NCBI GenBank assembly: GCA_964187785.1 | Contig: OZ076413.1 | Coordinates: 7,502,001-7,566,000, forward strand | Length of the DNA stretch: 64,000 bases | From: Amphiscolops sp. MND2022 | Lineage: Eukaryota | Direction: 5' to 3' | Program-made: the position numbers and the translations under genes | Part shown: positions 50,401 through 62,660 of the stretch, piece after piece | Layout of the letters: each line of letters opens with the position of its first letter | Numbering within the stretch: the stretch's first letter is position 1 | The notes under the pieces: generated by a model | What the model was told of the DNA's origin: nothing | What the model saw: the letters and a program-made list of their open reading frames with translations, nothing else | Databases searched by the model: none

Positions 50401-53048
50401 TCGGCAGCTTGAGAAATTCAATTCTCATGTTTATAGTCACTGCCGAACAAAATATCTGAATTATTCAGTAATCGTTCGAAGAAATTTACTGAAAAAAAGT
50501 AGACATCTTGAGATTTCAATAATATTCCTGCTATGGCAGAAATAAACAAATTTCCAGACTTCCAGAGGCGAAAGCCCCCGTTTAATGGAGGCCTCAAAAA
50601 TAATCAAATAGAAACTGAGTCGTGTCTGAAAGATAACACAGAGGCGAAGCGGTGCTTCGCAACACATGACGAAGACATCGATTACTTTAATATGCGTATA
50701 TATATAATTTTAATCGCATGCGTATATATTGAACAGTTCAACTTTGTTCAATACCGTCCCTATGGCACAGTGGTCAACACTTATGCCGTGCAATCGGGAG
50801 GCTGCAGGTTCGAATCTCTCTGGGGTTTTGGCTTTTTTCTAAAAGGCGCTCATTATGAAGTTGACTATAGTGGAAAAAAACTTACGTAGCTGGACTGCAA
50901 TGCACATTGACATCGTCATGTGCAAAAAAAAGGTTCATTAAAGATTAAAAGAAGAATATTTTCTTTTAATCCCCACGCTTACAGTCACTGCCAAACAAAA
51001 TATCTGAACTATTCAGTATCGTACGAAAAATGTACTGAAAAGAAGTAGACAGTTTGAGGTTACAATAATATTCCTGCTAAAGCAGAAATAATAATAAAAC
51101 AAGCCGGTACCGGCCCAAAGTCAGCGCCCCGCTGAAGTTTCTTGAATATGCAAAGGACACTGTTTTCAAACTTTTATCACTTTCTCAGTGCCGAGAAATA
51201 CACCAAACGATACGCGACTCGGAAACCACATTTTCCCCAACTGCAAACAAAATATCAATGTTTCGAAAAAAAATCGATTTTTCACGGAAAATGTCAAACT
51301 GCCGAAAAAGTAACTTTCAGCTCAAAAAACTACCTTTTCTCAAGCCTAAATCCGCCATGAAAGCGGGAGGTTACTCTTTGACCAAACGAAAGTTTAGGAA
51401 GAAAGCGCACTGAGCCAAAAAAACTTCAACAAAGTATGATAAAGTATTGAGAAAAAAAAGAAAAACAATGGGGTCTGACAATACTAGAGAAAATCTAATA
51501 AAAAGACAATAACAAGCCGAGAACGGCCAAAGTCGACGCCATATCTAAGGCTCAAAATTGAAAAGGGGGGACCCTTCGGGCTTTGTGAAACTCCAGCTGG
51601 TTGTAAAAAATGAAAAAAAAATTGAAGGGGGGACCCTTTGGGGACATGAAAAAATTTCCCAAAAAATTTTTTGAAATGAGATTTTTGAACAGTGCCGAAA
51701 ACTGTAAAAGGAGGGACCCTTTGCGATTTTTTGACATCCATTGTGTTGCAAAATATCGAAACAAATGAAGGGGCAGCCCTTTGGTGCAATCCAAAAAGTT
51801 TCAAAAAGTCTCATAGTGTAGAAAAAAAGTGGGGCTATGGGAGGATCCTTAGTGTGTTTTCGAGGTTCTGGACGTCTGTTTTGTTTTTTCTTTTCGTTTT
51901 GGACGCGCTTCTGAGGTTGGAGTTGTTGAGGTTTGAAGTTGTTGAGGTTTGACGTTGTTGAACAAATGAACAAACAAGACGGGAACTTCTCAAGTCGGCG
52001 CTATATCTAAGGCTCAAAAAGCGCAAAACATTTTTTTTGGAAAAAAACTTGAAATTTTCGAAAAAAAATTTCTTTCGGAAAATGTCGCACAGTGCCGAAA
52101 AATGTAAAAGGGGGACCCTTTTGATTTATAAACACGCATTCTGTAGCAAAATAACAAAAAGACTCAAAGGGGGGACCCTTTGGGGACATAGTGCCGAAAA
52201 AAAATCGAAAGGGGGGACCCTTTAGTCCCGTCCGGGCTTGTAGGTAACGTTTAAAAAGTAAATGAATGCGCTCCCCGTTTGCCTTTACCGGTCCAGTAGT
52301 TTAGTACTGTATTTAGTAGTTGAACGTTAATTTTAACGTTCGTCGCTTCGGGTCTGTCTTAAATAAAAAAAAAAGAAAAAAAACGAGTGACTGTAATAGT
52401 CGGGCTCTTTTCTTAAGAAAAGCGCCGACTAAAAAGTGGACCTTTCGTGTCTAAAAAAACTACCCACTGTAAGAGTCGGGCACATTTTCTACTGAAATGC
52501 GCCGACTAAAAACAGAGCTTTGTTTACGAAAAACATCTTTCAAGATTCAAGCGATTAGACTACTGACAGGTTTCGATGATTACTAAAATAGACCGAATCA
52601 TTTCAGGCATCTACTAATAGTATTAAGAGAAAGACTTTTCTGAAAGATTGAACTTTTCTACCTAGAAAACAAAATCTATCCAAACTATCAAAATAAACAT
52701 TGCATACAAACTGTAGTGTATGTAAATAAAATGGCTTCAAGAAAACATTCTATACAAAATTTCATGACAATTTCCAATTATAAAAAGTGTATCCCACATT
52801 TTATAAAGATGCAAACTTCTTAAAACTTTTCAAGTAAATCAAAAATGATATCAGATATAGACATATAAATTCTTGGCTAACTTGTAGGACTAATCTCTGC
52901 TCTCTTTCATAAAATTCTCGAAGTTCTATTTCTATAGAGTAGCAGCTGAACTATAAACTGCAGCATTGAGGAATTAGACTGGTTTCCGTCTTATAACCGC
53001 GAGCCCTAAATGATGATCACCAGTTACCGATTAGATTCCAAGAAAGGA

Positions 53049-53465
53049 TCAAAAACCGGATCCGTGACCCCTGATCCTTCTAGCGAGTTGCAGATCTTTC
53101 ACCATGATGGTGACCCGCTTGGCGTGTATGGCACACAGATTCGTATCCTCGAACAAGCTTACCATGTGTGCCTCAGCCGCCTCTTGCAACGCAAACAAAG
53201 CTGCAGTCTGGAACTTGACATCTGGCTTGAAATTATGAGCAATCTCTCTCACCAGTCGTTGGAAAGGAAGCTTGCGCAGAAGGAGTTCGGTGCTTTTCTG
53301 GTACTTCCGGATCTCTCTCAAAGCTACGGTGCCAGGTCTGTATCTGTGGGGTTTCTTGATCCCCCCATGCGCAGGTGCCATCTTCCGGGCAGCTTTTGTA
53401 GCCAGAGTTTTTCGAGGGGCCTTTCCTCCGGTAGTTTTTCTGGCAGTCTGCTTTGTTCTCGCCAT
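53049..53465 (-). CDS. H3: Divergent histone H3 variant
   Basis: Unmistakable H3 (ARTKQTARK...[17 protein letters not shown]...[17 protein letters not shown]); about 25 substitutions versus canonical H3.1 as I recall it, plus a 2-aa C-terminal extension; intronless. Confidence 0.95.
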   Translation of the reverse strand: MARTKQTARKTTGGKAPRKTLATKAARKMAPAHGGIKKPHRYRPGTVALREIRKYQKSTELLLRKLPFQRLVREIAHNFKPDVKFQTAALFALQEAAEAHMVSLFEDTNLCAIHAKRVTIMVKDLQLARRIRGHGSGF

Positions 53466-54637
53466 GTTGAAAGATTTAGTCCGAGTTGTTACTGTTCAGT
53501 CAAAACTGGGCTGTGATTTTGAAAAGTATGATCAGAACACTGAAAGACTAGGAGGAGAATGAAAAACACATACAGTCGTGGAAAAAAGTTTTTCTAGTGA
53601 AAATTAAATTTGCAAATGACATCAATAAATTTGTTATAGCTTTTTATTGGGTGAATGAAATAAAATGAAAATTGAAGCAGAGACTAATAAGAGCTGGTTC
53701 TAACACCAGCCATAATGACTTATTCTATACGTTTCGGCAACGAGGCCTAAAGCCTTTTTATAAATTGTGCATCAATTCTTTCCTACTCCTCTTTCGTCAC
53801 GGCAATCAATTCCTGTATAAATTGATTGGAGATTGAAATTAATGCGTCTAAATGAGAGATAATTTTAGAACAAGTGGTGGTGTTTTTCAATGTTATGAAA
53901 AAACATTCATTAATATTTAATAATTAAGGAATTAATCGCATCAAAGCGAACGTTAAAAGTTGGAATTGACTTTGATTTGTCGCAGGGAAAATTAATCGCC
54001 GATTTGCAATCCAGCTTTAAATGGAGAGGAGCCGCTCGCATAAATAATGCTAGGAAAAACGAATTTGAGAATTGAGACGACTCACGAAGTTAAAAATGTT
54101 TTAATCTTGAAGTAACGTAATTTTAGAAAAGTTCCATAATTCATAATTTACTGAGAACAACATATCTTATAAACGTCTTTTGAAAAAGCTATTTCAGCCA
54201 AGTTTTTTCTGATTTCACTCAGAAAAAACACTTCGACTCTACAAAAATTCTTTCTATAAAATAAAACAATCATGGGTCATCGGTAATCAGCACTTCAGAT
54301 TAGCAAAAACCTTACAATTGGCCAAATTGGCTAAACTCAGCCGAAAACAAAAATCTGAAGGTTTTAATTGCACATTAGATTTAGATGAAAGTATTGATCT
54401 AACCGTTTCTAGCAAAAGAAACGCACTAACTCAGCGAAAAGAAGCTACTATAAATCAACAAAAAGCACTCGTGAAAAATTAAAAAAGCATCAATGGTGAG
54501 CAGCATTTCACAGATTAGCTACTGAAAGGATAAGAGGTTACTTTGATAGGAGCATAATGCATAACCAGATTGTTTTATAATCAGATTGACAAGTTTAGCA
54601 AAATTGAATCAAGTGTCTTTTGGGTTCAAAGCTGTAA

Positions 54638-55048
54638 CTATTGACCTAAACCGGGTTCTACTTTTGGCACGACCTTTTGACTCTCTTGTTGCTGAGGATC
54701 CATTTCAGAGAATCCAGAATCGTTCAGAAGCTGATTGGTCATGTAGTCCTGGGGCTCATTCTTGATCCGAGGTGTTTCATCTGTTCCAACCTTGTACTCA
54801 GGGGCCATCTCACACTTGACTGCAGCCGTTGAAGGAAAAGAAGCAGAAACGCTGGCACTGGTAGCTTGACTCGGCTCCACGATGCCATTGAACTTCATAC
54901 TCCCCCCACAGTGCGAGCCGTCCTGATTGACTATGACGTAATCGCTTTGTTTGGGAGAGAGCAATTGCGACTTTTCGACTTTGAACGAGAATGAAACCAT
55001 TCGCCCAGACAGACCTGATTGCTGGCCATACACATTGCTGTTGTCCAT
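54638..55048 (-). CDS. Orphan SUMO-motif-rich protein, paralogue B (uninterrupted)
   Basis: MDNSNVYGQQSGLSGRMVSFSFKVE...VKCE...IKNE...PKVEPGLGQ; flanking sequence also duplicated (about 34680-34930 vs 55060-55310). It may be only the last exon of a longer gene. Confidence 0.6.
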   Translation of the reverse strand: MDNSNVYGQQSGLSGRMVSFSFKVEKSQLLSPKQSDYVIVNQDGSHCGGSMKFNGIVEPSQATSASVSASFPSTAAVKCEMAPEYKVGTDETPRIKNEPQDYMTNQLLNDSGFSEMDPQQQESQKVVPKVEPGLGQ

Positions 55049-55779
55049 GATGAGTTGCAAAAACGATGATTGATACACAGAGTGACAGCAGGTTTTTGAA
55101 GGAGACAAAAAAAAACTGAAATACTCGTTGAAACTCATTAAAGTTCAAAAATCAATTGCTAGAGAGCAACTGAAAACAACAGTACAGGAGACTAACTTGA
55201 ATTCAATAGAAACTTCAATAATTCTGCAACTGTGGAAAAATTCTCAATAAATTTCAACTAATAGGCAACAAACTTTTGCACGGCCGAGGGACGCGTTTTC
55301 GCGACATGAGATTCATTCCAAAAAAAAAACAGACTGCTGGCCAAAAGGTTGTTGGCTCAGAAGGTTTCACTTATGTTTATTTTCTCTAACATTCTCTCTC
55401 TTTCAAAGCAACAATATATAACATTCAAAACAACAAAGCAAGAATAACGTTCTGTAAGAAACTTGCAAGAAGGGTGCAAAATTTATATTTCTTCCAAACT
55501 AGGATAGTTTCAAGGGAATTGAAAGAAAGAACTCAATGAGGATTCGAAACTTTGCAAGTTTCAGACTTAATTCTAAATCATCATAAATCCAAATATCATA
55601 GGCTTTCGACTATGCTTTACTTGAACAGAATCAAGTGGAACAATTGGGAATAAACTTTCTTTGAAGTTGTCAAAAATGATATTTATCGCTACTTCCAAAG
55701 ATGTATTCACAATAACCAAACAACGTCTTGAAATGTAAAATTGTTGGACTGATTTTTCATCGATTGAAACATTCCATTC

Positions 55780-56030
55780 AAAAAATAGTCCCCTCCGGGG
55801 CTCAGCACTATTTCTGCTTTAATCTTTATTTTTTTTTAAACAAAAAAATTCATTAATAAAATAGGCCCCTCCGGGGCTCAGTACTATTTCTGCTTTAATC
55901 TTTATTTTTTTTGAAACAAAAAAATTCATTAATAAAATAGGCCCCTCCGAGGCTCAGTACTATTTCTGCTTTAATCTTTATTTTTTTTTTGAAACAAAAA
56001 AATTCATTAATAAAAGAATCATATCTGGAA
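55780..56030. repeat. Triplicated ~75-bp head of the R1 repeat
   Basis: AAAATAG(T/G)CCCCTCCG(G/A)GGCTCAG...CTTTAATCTTTA-polyT-AAAC-polyA-TTCATTAAT three times in tandem. Confidence 0.85.
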
Positions 56031-57118
56031 TACCAATACACTCTTGTTTAATCATTATTTAGGCACAATTACATGTAATCACTGTACAAGTTTACACCGC
56101 CTTTAATTCTTCTCGGACTAAAGAAAATATAACTACTAAGCGTAGACGAAGTTTCGCATTCGTATTTGAATGCAGGCGAAGCTCTCCGAGAACGAATAAT
56201 TAACACTCATTCGCTTCATCTCAATAACTCGGGGCAACGAAAGCACAATTACGAACATTCGCTCGCTTCATCTCAATGACGTCAGCATACGAATGGATTA
56301 TTACCACTCGCTCGTTCCATCGTGCGAGAATTGAATTGTCGTCGGCAGCTTGAGAAATTTAATTCCCACGCTTACAGTCACTGCCGAACAAAATATCTGA
56401 ATTATTCAGTATCGTCCGAAAAATTGTACTGAAAAAAGTAGAAAGTTTGAGGTTACAATAATATTCCTGCTAAAGCAGAAGTATTAAAAAATTTAATCAC
56501 AGTTAATCTGACCGGCAGCACTGTTGTCCAGGTTGAAATTCATCTCATCTCTGAGAAATTGGATGATAGAAACCAAACGAGTTGTTTTAGAAGCAAGTTG
56601 ACAAAAAACTGAGAATCTTTTTAAAACCTTCAACTCTATAGTGGAGTATACATACAAAAGATAGGTATTCTTTCCCTTTCAAGTAGTTGTTGAAGTGATC
56701 TGGTAAACTCTTCAGTTTTGACTGGCTGTATATACTTTTCATTGAGAAAGTGAAAACCGGCTCTGAAGCAAAATTTACACCCAATTTTGCTTTATACCAA
56801 AAGTTGAATGAATTGCGTTGAATATCAGCTCCCATGACGAAAAGTACTTCGAGTGAATTTCGGTTTATAGCCCCCCACCACGGCAACCATTTTCTTCGAA
56901 TAAAAATTTCAAACATTTTCCCAACTGGCATTTAATTATGAATTTTCCCATTACAGGAAGTTAAATCCAGTTGAAATAGTCATTTGTTTTCATCTTTCAC
57001 ACCTCTGGACTGTGATTATGCTCAATCAACTGTTGCATGTGACTAAACAAACCGGGAACGGCCCAAGTCGGCGCCATATCTATGGCTCAAAAATAGCAAA
57101 AGGACTTCAAAGTGTTAA

Positions 57119-57280
57119 GAAAACGTTACATCCAAACTTCGAAAACATTACAACCGAACTTTAACGTTATATCCAAACTTTGAAAACGTTATATCCAAAC
57201 TTTAAAAACGTTATATCCGAACTTTGAAAACGTTACATCGAAACTTTGAAAACGTTATATCCGAACTTTGAAAACGTTTT
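57119..57280. repeat. 22-bp minisatellite
   Basis: About seven imperfect copies of AAAACGTTATATCC(A/G)AACTTTG. Confidence 0.85.
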
Positions 57281-60200
57281 CGGCCGAAAAAGAAAAAAAC
57301 GGGGGACCGTTTGGTCTCCCCTCTACTTTTCGGAGCATAAACGAGAAACGTTATATCCAGTTTGCGGTAAATCGGGTTTGCGCCAAAAAAAATCCAAAAG
57401 GGGGACCCTTTTGTAACATTAAAAAATTCTCCAAAAACCGTTATACCCGGTTTATGTTATATCCGGTTTACGCTAAATCCGGTATGGGTTGTGTTATTAT
57501 CGAAGGGGACTCCTTAGCACTTTTTACAGCTTCGAAAAATTCTCCAGGAACGTTATATTCAGTATACGTAACAGCTCATAAAATCTATCACTTCGTTGGT
57601 CTTAAAAAAGCCAGTGCTATAGTCTGCGTTTTCTACGAAACGCGCCAACTAAAAATCGGAAGCCAAAAAAGAAAAAGTTTCTGGCTGAAACAGGGACTCG
57701 AACCTGTGACCGCTGGGTTCCCACTGAACCGATTAACCGCTGTACCAAAATGTGGTACATACAGGATGAGCTCTGTGGTCTGACGAAAAAAAACTAGTCA
57801 CAGTAAGAGTCGGGCACTTTTTTTTAAAAAGCGGTGACCGAAAATAGGTTGATTCTATCATGATTTTATTAATTCAAGGTTTCAAATTTTTTTCAAGCAA
57901 GTGTTTAACGGAGCGTTGAAAAAATCATCGCTTGAACGAAACAAGCGTTTAACCCCAAATGGACGAGGAAATTTCCGGATCCATCCAACAATCTGGTTTT
58001 TAAATTTTAAGCCGCAATATCTCCTAAACTATTGGAGTCCGACAAACGATTAATAGAGCGTTCGAAAGTAGACAATCGGGGCTTTCAAATTGATTTCGCA
58101 ACACTGGCTGCGGACCTGGCGGCAAAACCTTGCACTCCTCGTGTCTCTGACCTCATTTCAGCATGTTTCAAAACATGCTATGGTCGCTTTGACCCTACCT
58201 TGATACCAATGGGATAAAGTGGCCACAAACGCAAACAGGAAAAACTGAAATCTGGACTCGTGTTTTTTTTCTATTTTTCGCCCATCTGAGAAATCAAGTC
58301 AAAATTCTGTGGAAAAGCGTGCAATGCTATGTAATATCGCCTCAGCCTGAAAATACCATTCAAGAGTTTTACGGTGAACCGGTGCTCCATAAAATTTCAG
58401 AAACTAACTGGTACGAATTCGACCTTATCGTCTATTTAGGGTTAATTGATATTTACTCTAATAAACAAGAGGTACCTCAACTTCTTAGTAAAGTGACGAT
58501 TGAGAGCTGGTCGCGTTTGTCATTTCGCAACATGGAATATGATGAACACATTTTCACCAACTGGAAACAAAATATCCATTTTTCACGGAAAAGTCTCATA
58601 GTGCCGAAAAAGGAAGCTTCAGCTCGGAAAACTACCTTTTCTCAAGCCGAAATCCGCCATGAAAGCGGGAGGTTACCCTCTGACCAAATGAAAGTTTCGG
58701 AAAAAACGCGCAGAGCCAAAAAAGCTTCAACAAAGTATGATAAAGTATTGAGAATAAAACAGCTGTTCGGTTAAGTTGAAAAAGAATAGGGTCTGACAAT
58801 ACTAGAGAAAATCCAAAGGGGATTTTTCGGCTTCAAATGATTCTGTATCAACTCTAGATGTCCTAAAAATCAAAAGGGGACAGTTTTGTATCATATAAAA
58901 ATTCTCCAAGAAACGTTATATCCGGTATTCGCTATTGCCGGTGTGCATTAAATCCCGTATGAATTGTGTTATTGTCGAAGGGGACTCCTTTACTGTTCAA
59001 AAGTAGTATTCAAAAGGTTCAATAATGAAGAGTAGAGCTTCTGGTAGAACTATTTTCGACAATTCAGGTGTATCGAAAAAAACGGACGAAAAGACATGAC
59101 TATAGTCAACTCTTTTCATTTAGAAAAGCTCCGACTACAAAAAAAATTCGTTTGACATTGATCTACAAAAAGAGTAATTTCTGAAATTTTTAAAATTTAA
59201 ACTTTGACGCTCATTTGTCAGACTTTTTAGCAGGCTGCAAAACATTCATGTTTCGTTGCTAATTAAGAAACGACAAAACAAAATTTTCCTGTCGAAATTG
59301 ACGTCTTTTCACTCGGTATTTTCCATTCAAATAGTTTTTTCATTCAATTTCAAGCCACATTACCACATTTTGAACGAAAACTGAGTTACTTCGATGACTA
59401 CTACTTTCATCTCATCTTCGACGACACGCTGAAATTTGATTTCAGCGCGTGATCAATAATTCACGCGATTACACGATTTCATGTGGCGTGAAATTCTGCG
59501 GAACCCAAGCTACCCTCACTCTTAAGAAGAAAAAAGTTCCGAGCAACCAAAAACTAGTAAATTTGTTTTGAGATTTGAGAACGAAAAGTAAAGAAAGAGG
59601 CGCTGGCGTGGAGTGAACGGCGGACATGGGTAAAGGAGAAGGAGGTCGTTGGTTCATAAACATATCAAGTGTTACAACTAATCCTGCTCTGTAGCGGCGG
59701 CGGCGACTATTTAAATAAAATCCATCTAATAATGAAAAACATTCCAACAAGAGGTCAATAGTTCCAAAGTTCAAAGTTCAAGTACCAACAGAGAAGGGCA
59801 TAGTCTAACCAGGGTTATGACATCGCTAACTTTTCTAGCAGTTTTAGGTGACCATACAAAAAATTCAATTTCAAGAATCGCCTGCAAAAATAATAGCAAA
59901 TCTTTGGCATTTTAACTTGGGAAGTGTCAGAAGCCTGGGTTAAACTGTTGATTCTCGCTGGCAAGTCAGTGCAGTGCGGTTGATATAGGTCAGTTATGTA
60001 ACTCCTGAAAGCAGTATGAACACAACGTTGATAACCCAATACTCTCAATGTTCACTGAAATTGCTAGTTTGCCGAAGAATCAAAGAAATTTAATTGTATC
60101 GCTTCTGGAGACATACCTTTTTACGGAGAAATTGTAGAATCAACTCAAACTTCTATCATTGATCTAGAAAACGATCTCAACTTTTGCTTTGGACGTACTG

Positions 60201-60948
60201 CTTCGAGTGAAACCGGCACTATATCGTAAAAGTCGTGGGATTGGGTTTGAAAAGTGGGGGTTTTCGGGACTTGAGGGGTAGTGGTAATGTTTCAACGGAC
60301 AAAGACCTCGCTAAGTCAGTGTCGTAGAAATGAAAAATATACTGCAATAAAGAGAATATGAAAGGCCCAGGGTCCTTTTCCAAAAGTAATAAGCTGATTT
60401 CGTCGTGGGTTGAAGGCAGGGGGGGGAGATTTGGGTTTTTCATGAGATGATGATAATTTGGACAAGTTTACATTAAGATAGTTTTCATGGCAATGCAGTT
60501 TTTATAATTCACGAGGAATAAGAGCGCTAATAAAATAGTGATAAGAGGAGAGGGTTGTTGGTGGCAGCATATCACCCAAAATATACGAGACAAATCTGAT
60601 GAAAAACGTACGAAAAAAAATCGTTTTTACTTTATGAGATTATCTATCATGAAACTTTTCTCAGACTTTCTCAAATCTTGATCTTTTTATTCATGATATT
60701 TTTAAAAGTTCAAAGTTCTTTCTTCTACTTACTAGTTTCCGATTAAAATGACGCTCGTGCGCCTTGAACATTAAGAAGCCATGATGGCCTATACTAAGAG
60801 GGAACATAATTTTAGGGTGTATTTACATTTTTAATACAAAATATCCTAAATAAAAACTTGTATCAAAAAGATATGCGGACAACCGGGCGGTTCAGGGGGC
60901 TAACGACAAAACTACTGAGGGGACGGGACTTGAGGGGACGGGGGGTTA

Positions 60949-61389
60949 TGTTAGGATTGTGGAAATCTAGGCACCGAATTGGTGGTGATGGATAATAAAA
61001 TAAAAGGAGGATAATGACTCATCAAGACTAATAATAGTAATAACAACAAAGACAATAACAACAATCATCTACTACTCTAGCATACTATCATCTAGTTCTA
61101 GCTACCTGTATGTTCTATCTCTCGTATATCTACCGAATCTACCTCGCAAGTTGGCTGGCCGGTCAGGGTCAAAGGTCAACCAGAACAAGAAGGGGTAACT
61201 TGCACTGTCAGGAAACAGAAATGAAAAGAGCACCTTGTGAATAGACTAGAACATTGTATATTGTACGTATTAATTGTATTGTATTCTCAAGTAGAAATCA
61301 AACTTACAATTAATCGAGAGAAGAGCAATTGTCTCTCAACAACTACAAGTCACGCATCGTCTGTTTCTTTACTACTCTAATACTTACAG
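60949..61389 (+). repeat. Possible solo or 3' LTR
   Basis: G-rich tract GAGGGGACGGGGGG immediately before TGTTAGG; candidate end TACTTACA; no partner LTR in the window. Confidence 0.3.
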
Positions 61390-62589
61390 AATTAAGTCAT
61401 TTACAACAATTAGCACTCAATCACAAACGATCCAACTTGCAACGGATAATGTTTTAAAAGAAAACTTTTGAAAAATTACATGTTTAGTTTGTAAGCTAAG
61501 TCTGAAATGAAACGGCTTTGTCTAGAGAGAATGATTATTAGGCTAAATGGCGACCTTTAGGATAAAAACTATTATTCTTTTCACCAAAATGGGTAGAAAG
61601 TGACGTAATTATACAAAAAATCGAGGCGCGTCGATTCCATATGAAACAAAAGTTACAAGAGAATCCGTTGCGATTGGTGTTCACAATGCAATGATGATAA
61701 ATCGCGAGGGTCGGGTCATTTTACATGAGGTCAGTGACCTTTACGCCATTCAGGTCAAGTTGGGTCAGGATTGCGAGAGGGGGAGAGTGCGGTCTTGATT
61801 CTCTAAGTAAGTTAGTTAAGTCGTCGGTAGCTGAGTCGAAAATATCAACACTCAAGATCTTGTCCCAAAATTTTGAAAAAAAACGTCATTCCAAAAACTT
61901 CCAAAACAAAACTAGAAAACTTTCAAGTTTTTTTGCAAAACCAGCTCCATTCATTATGATCATTATGATCAGTCAAAATGATCATCACGAAGGAAGAAAA
62001 GTCTGACAAATTATGGAGCTGTTGTTCATTTAAATTTTTTTCAAAAAAGAAATGGAAACGAAATGCAAAAAGCATAGCATATAGTGCATGGTTAAAATGG
62101 GGTTAAGTTTTCTCTTTTTTTTGCATGTGTGAGTAAAACGTGAGACAAGAGTTGGATGTTAATTTGCAGTTAATAAACCAGGAATAACTGGTTCCGCTTT
62201 GTGAGTAAACAGGAGGGTGGGGTTGGTACAGGAGGAAAAAGTATGAAGATGAGGATGTGAACCTGCGCACGCTAATATGCACCTACAGTTGCTGTTTATA
62301 ATTTGTATGTTATAATAATCTAGAGATAAATGATGCATCAACAGTTGTCGAAAAGAGCCCTGCTCATTGAAGTACGTATAGAAACCAAGGAGGTGGATGA
62401 GGGGTGAAAAAGAATACCGAAGAAACGGTAGCCGTTCGTATAGCCGAATGAGCTTCAAGAAGAACGAACATGAAACCGACCTCATAGCTGATTGGACGAC
62501 GAAATAAGCAAACTACCACTTTGACTTTCATTTACTCTGACTGTTGCAAAGTTACATAATAGTTTCATCATTCAAAGCTCACTGTCGAA

Positions 62590-62660
62590 CGAAGCGACCA
62601 ATCGCAATTGAGAATTCGATTCGGCTCTGCTATAAAGTTATTCGGCATCATTACAGTTCG
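62590..62660 (+). promoter_or_regulatory. Possible Pol II core promoter
   Basis: CCAATC, then TATAAAG about 35 bp later, then TCATT; an opposite-strand CCAAT lies near 62490. No transcript evidence. Confidence 0.2.

Noticed and set aside
52980-53048. Replication-dependent histone 3' stem-loop
   Set aside because: GGGCTC is present but there is no matching GAGCC arm after a 4-nt loop.
57119-57280. CRISPR-like array
   Set aside because: Head-to-tail 22-bp units with no unique spacers, no cas genes, eukaryotic context.
58319-58774. 151-aa ORF as a gene
   Set aside because: It runs across the junction of two repeat families that recur at 48690-49050 and 51270-51490, where the frame is not kept.
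59469-62485. Short ORFs at 59469, 60219 and 62159 as genes
   Set aside because: No recognisable domains or consistent splice chain; they may be exons but cannot be supported from sequence alone.
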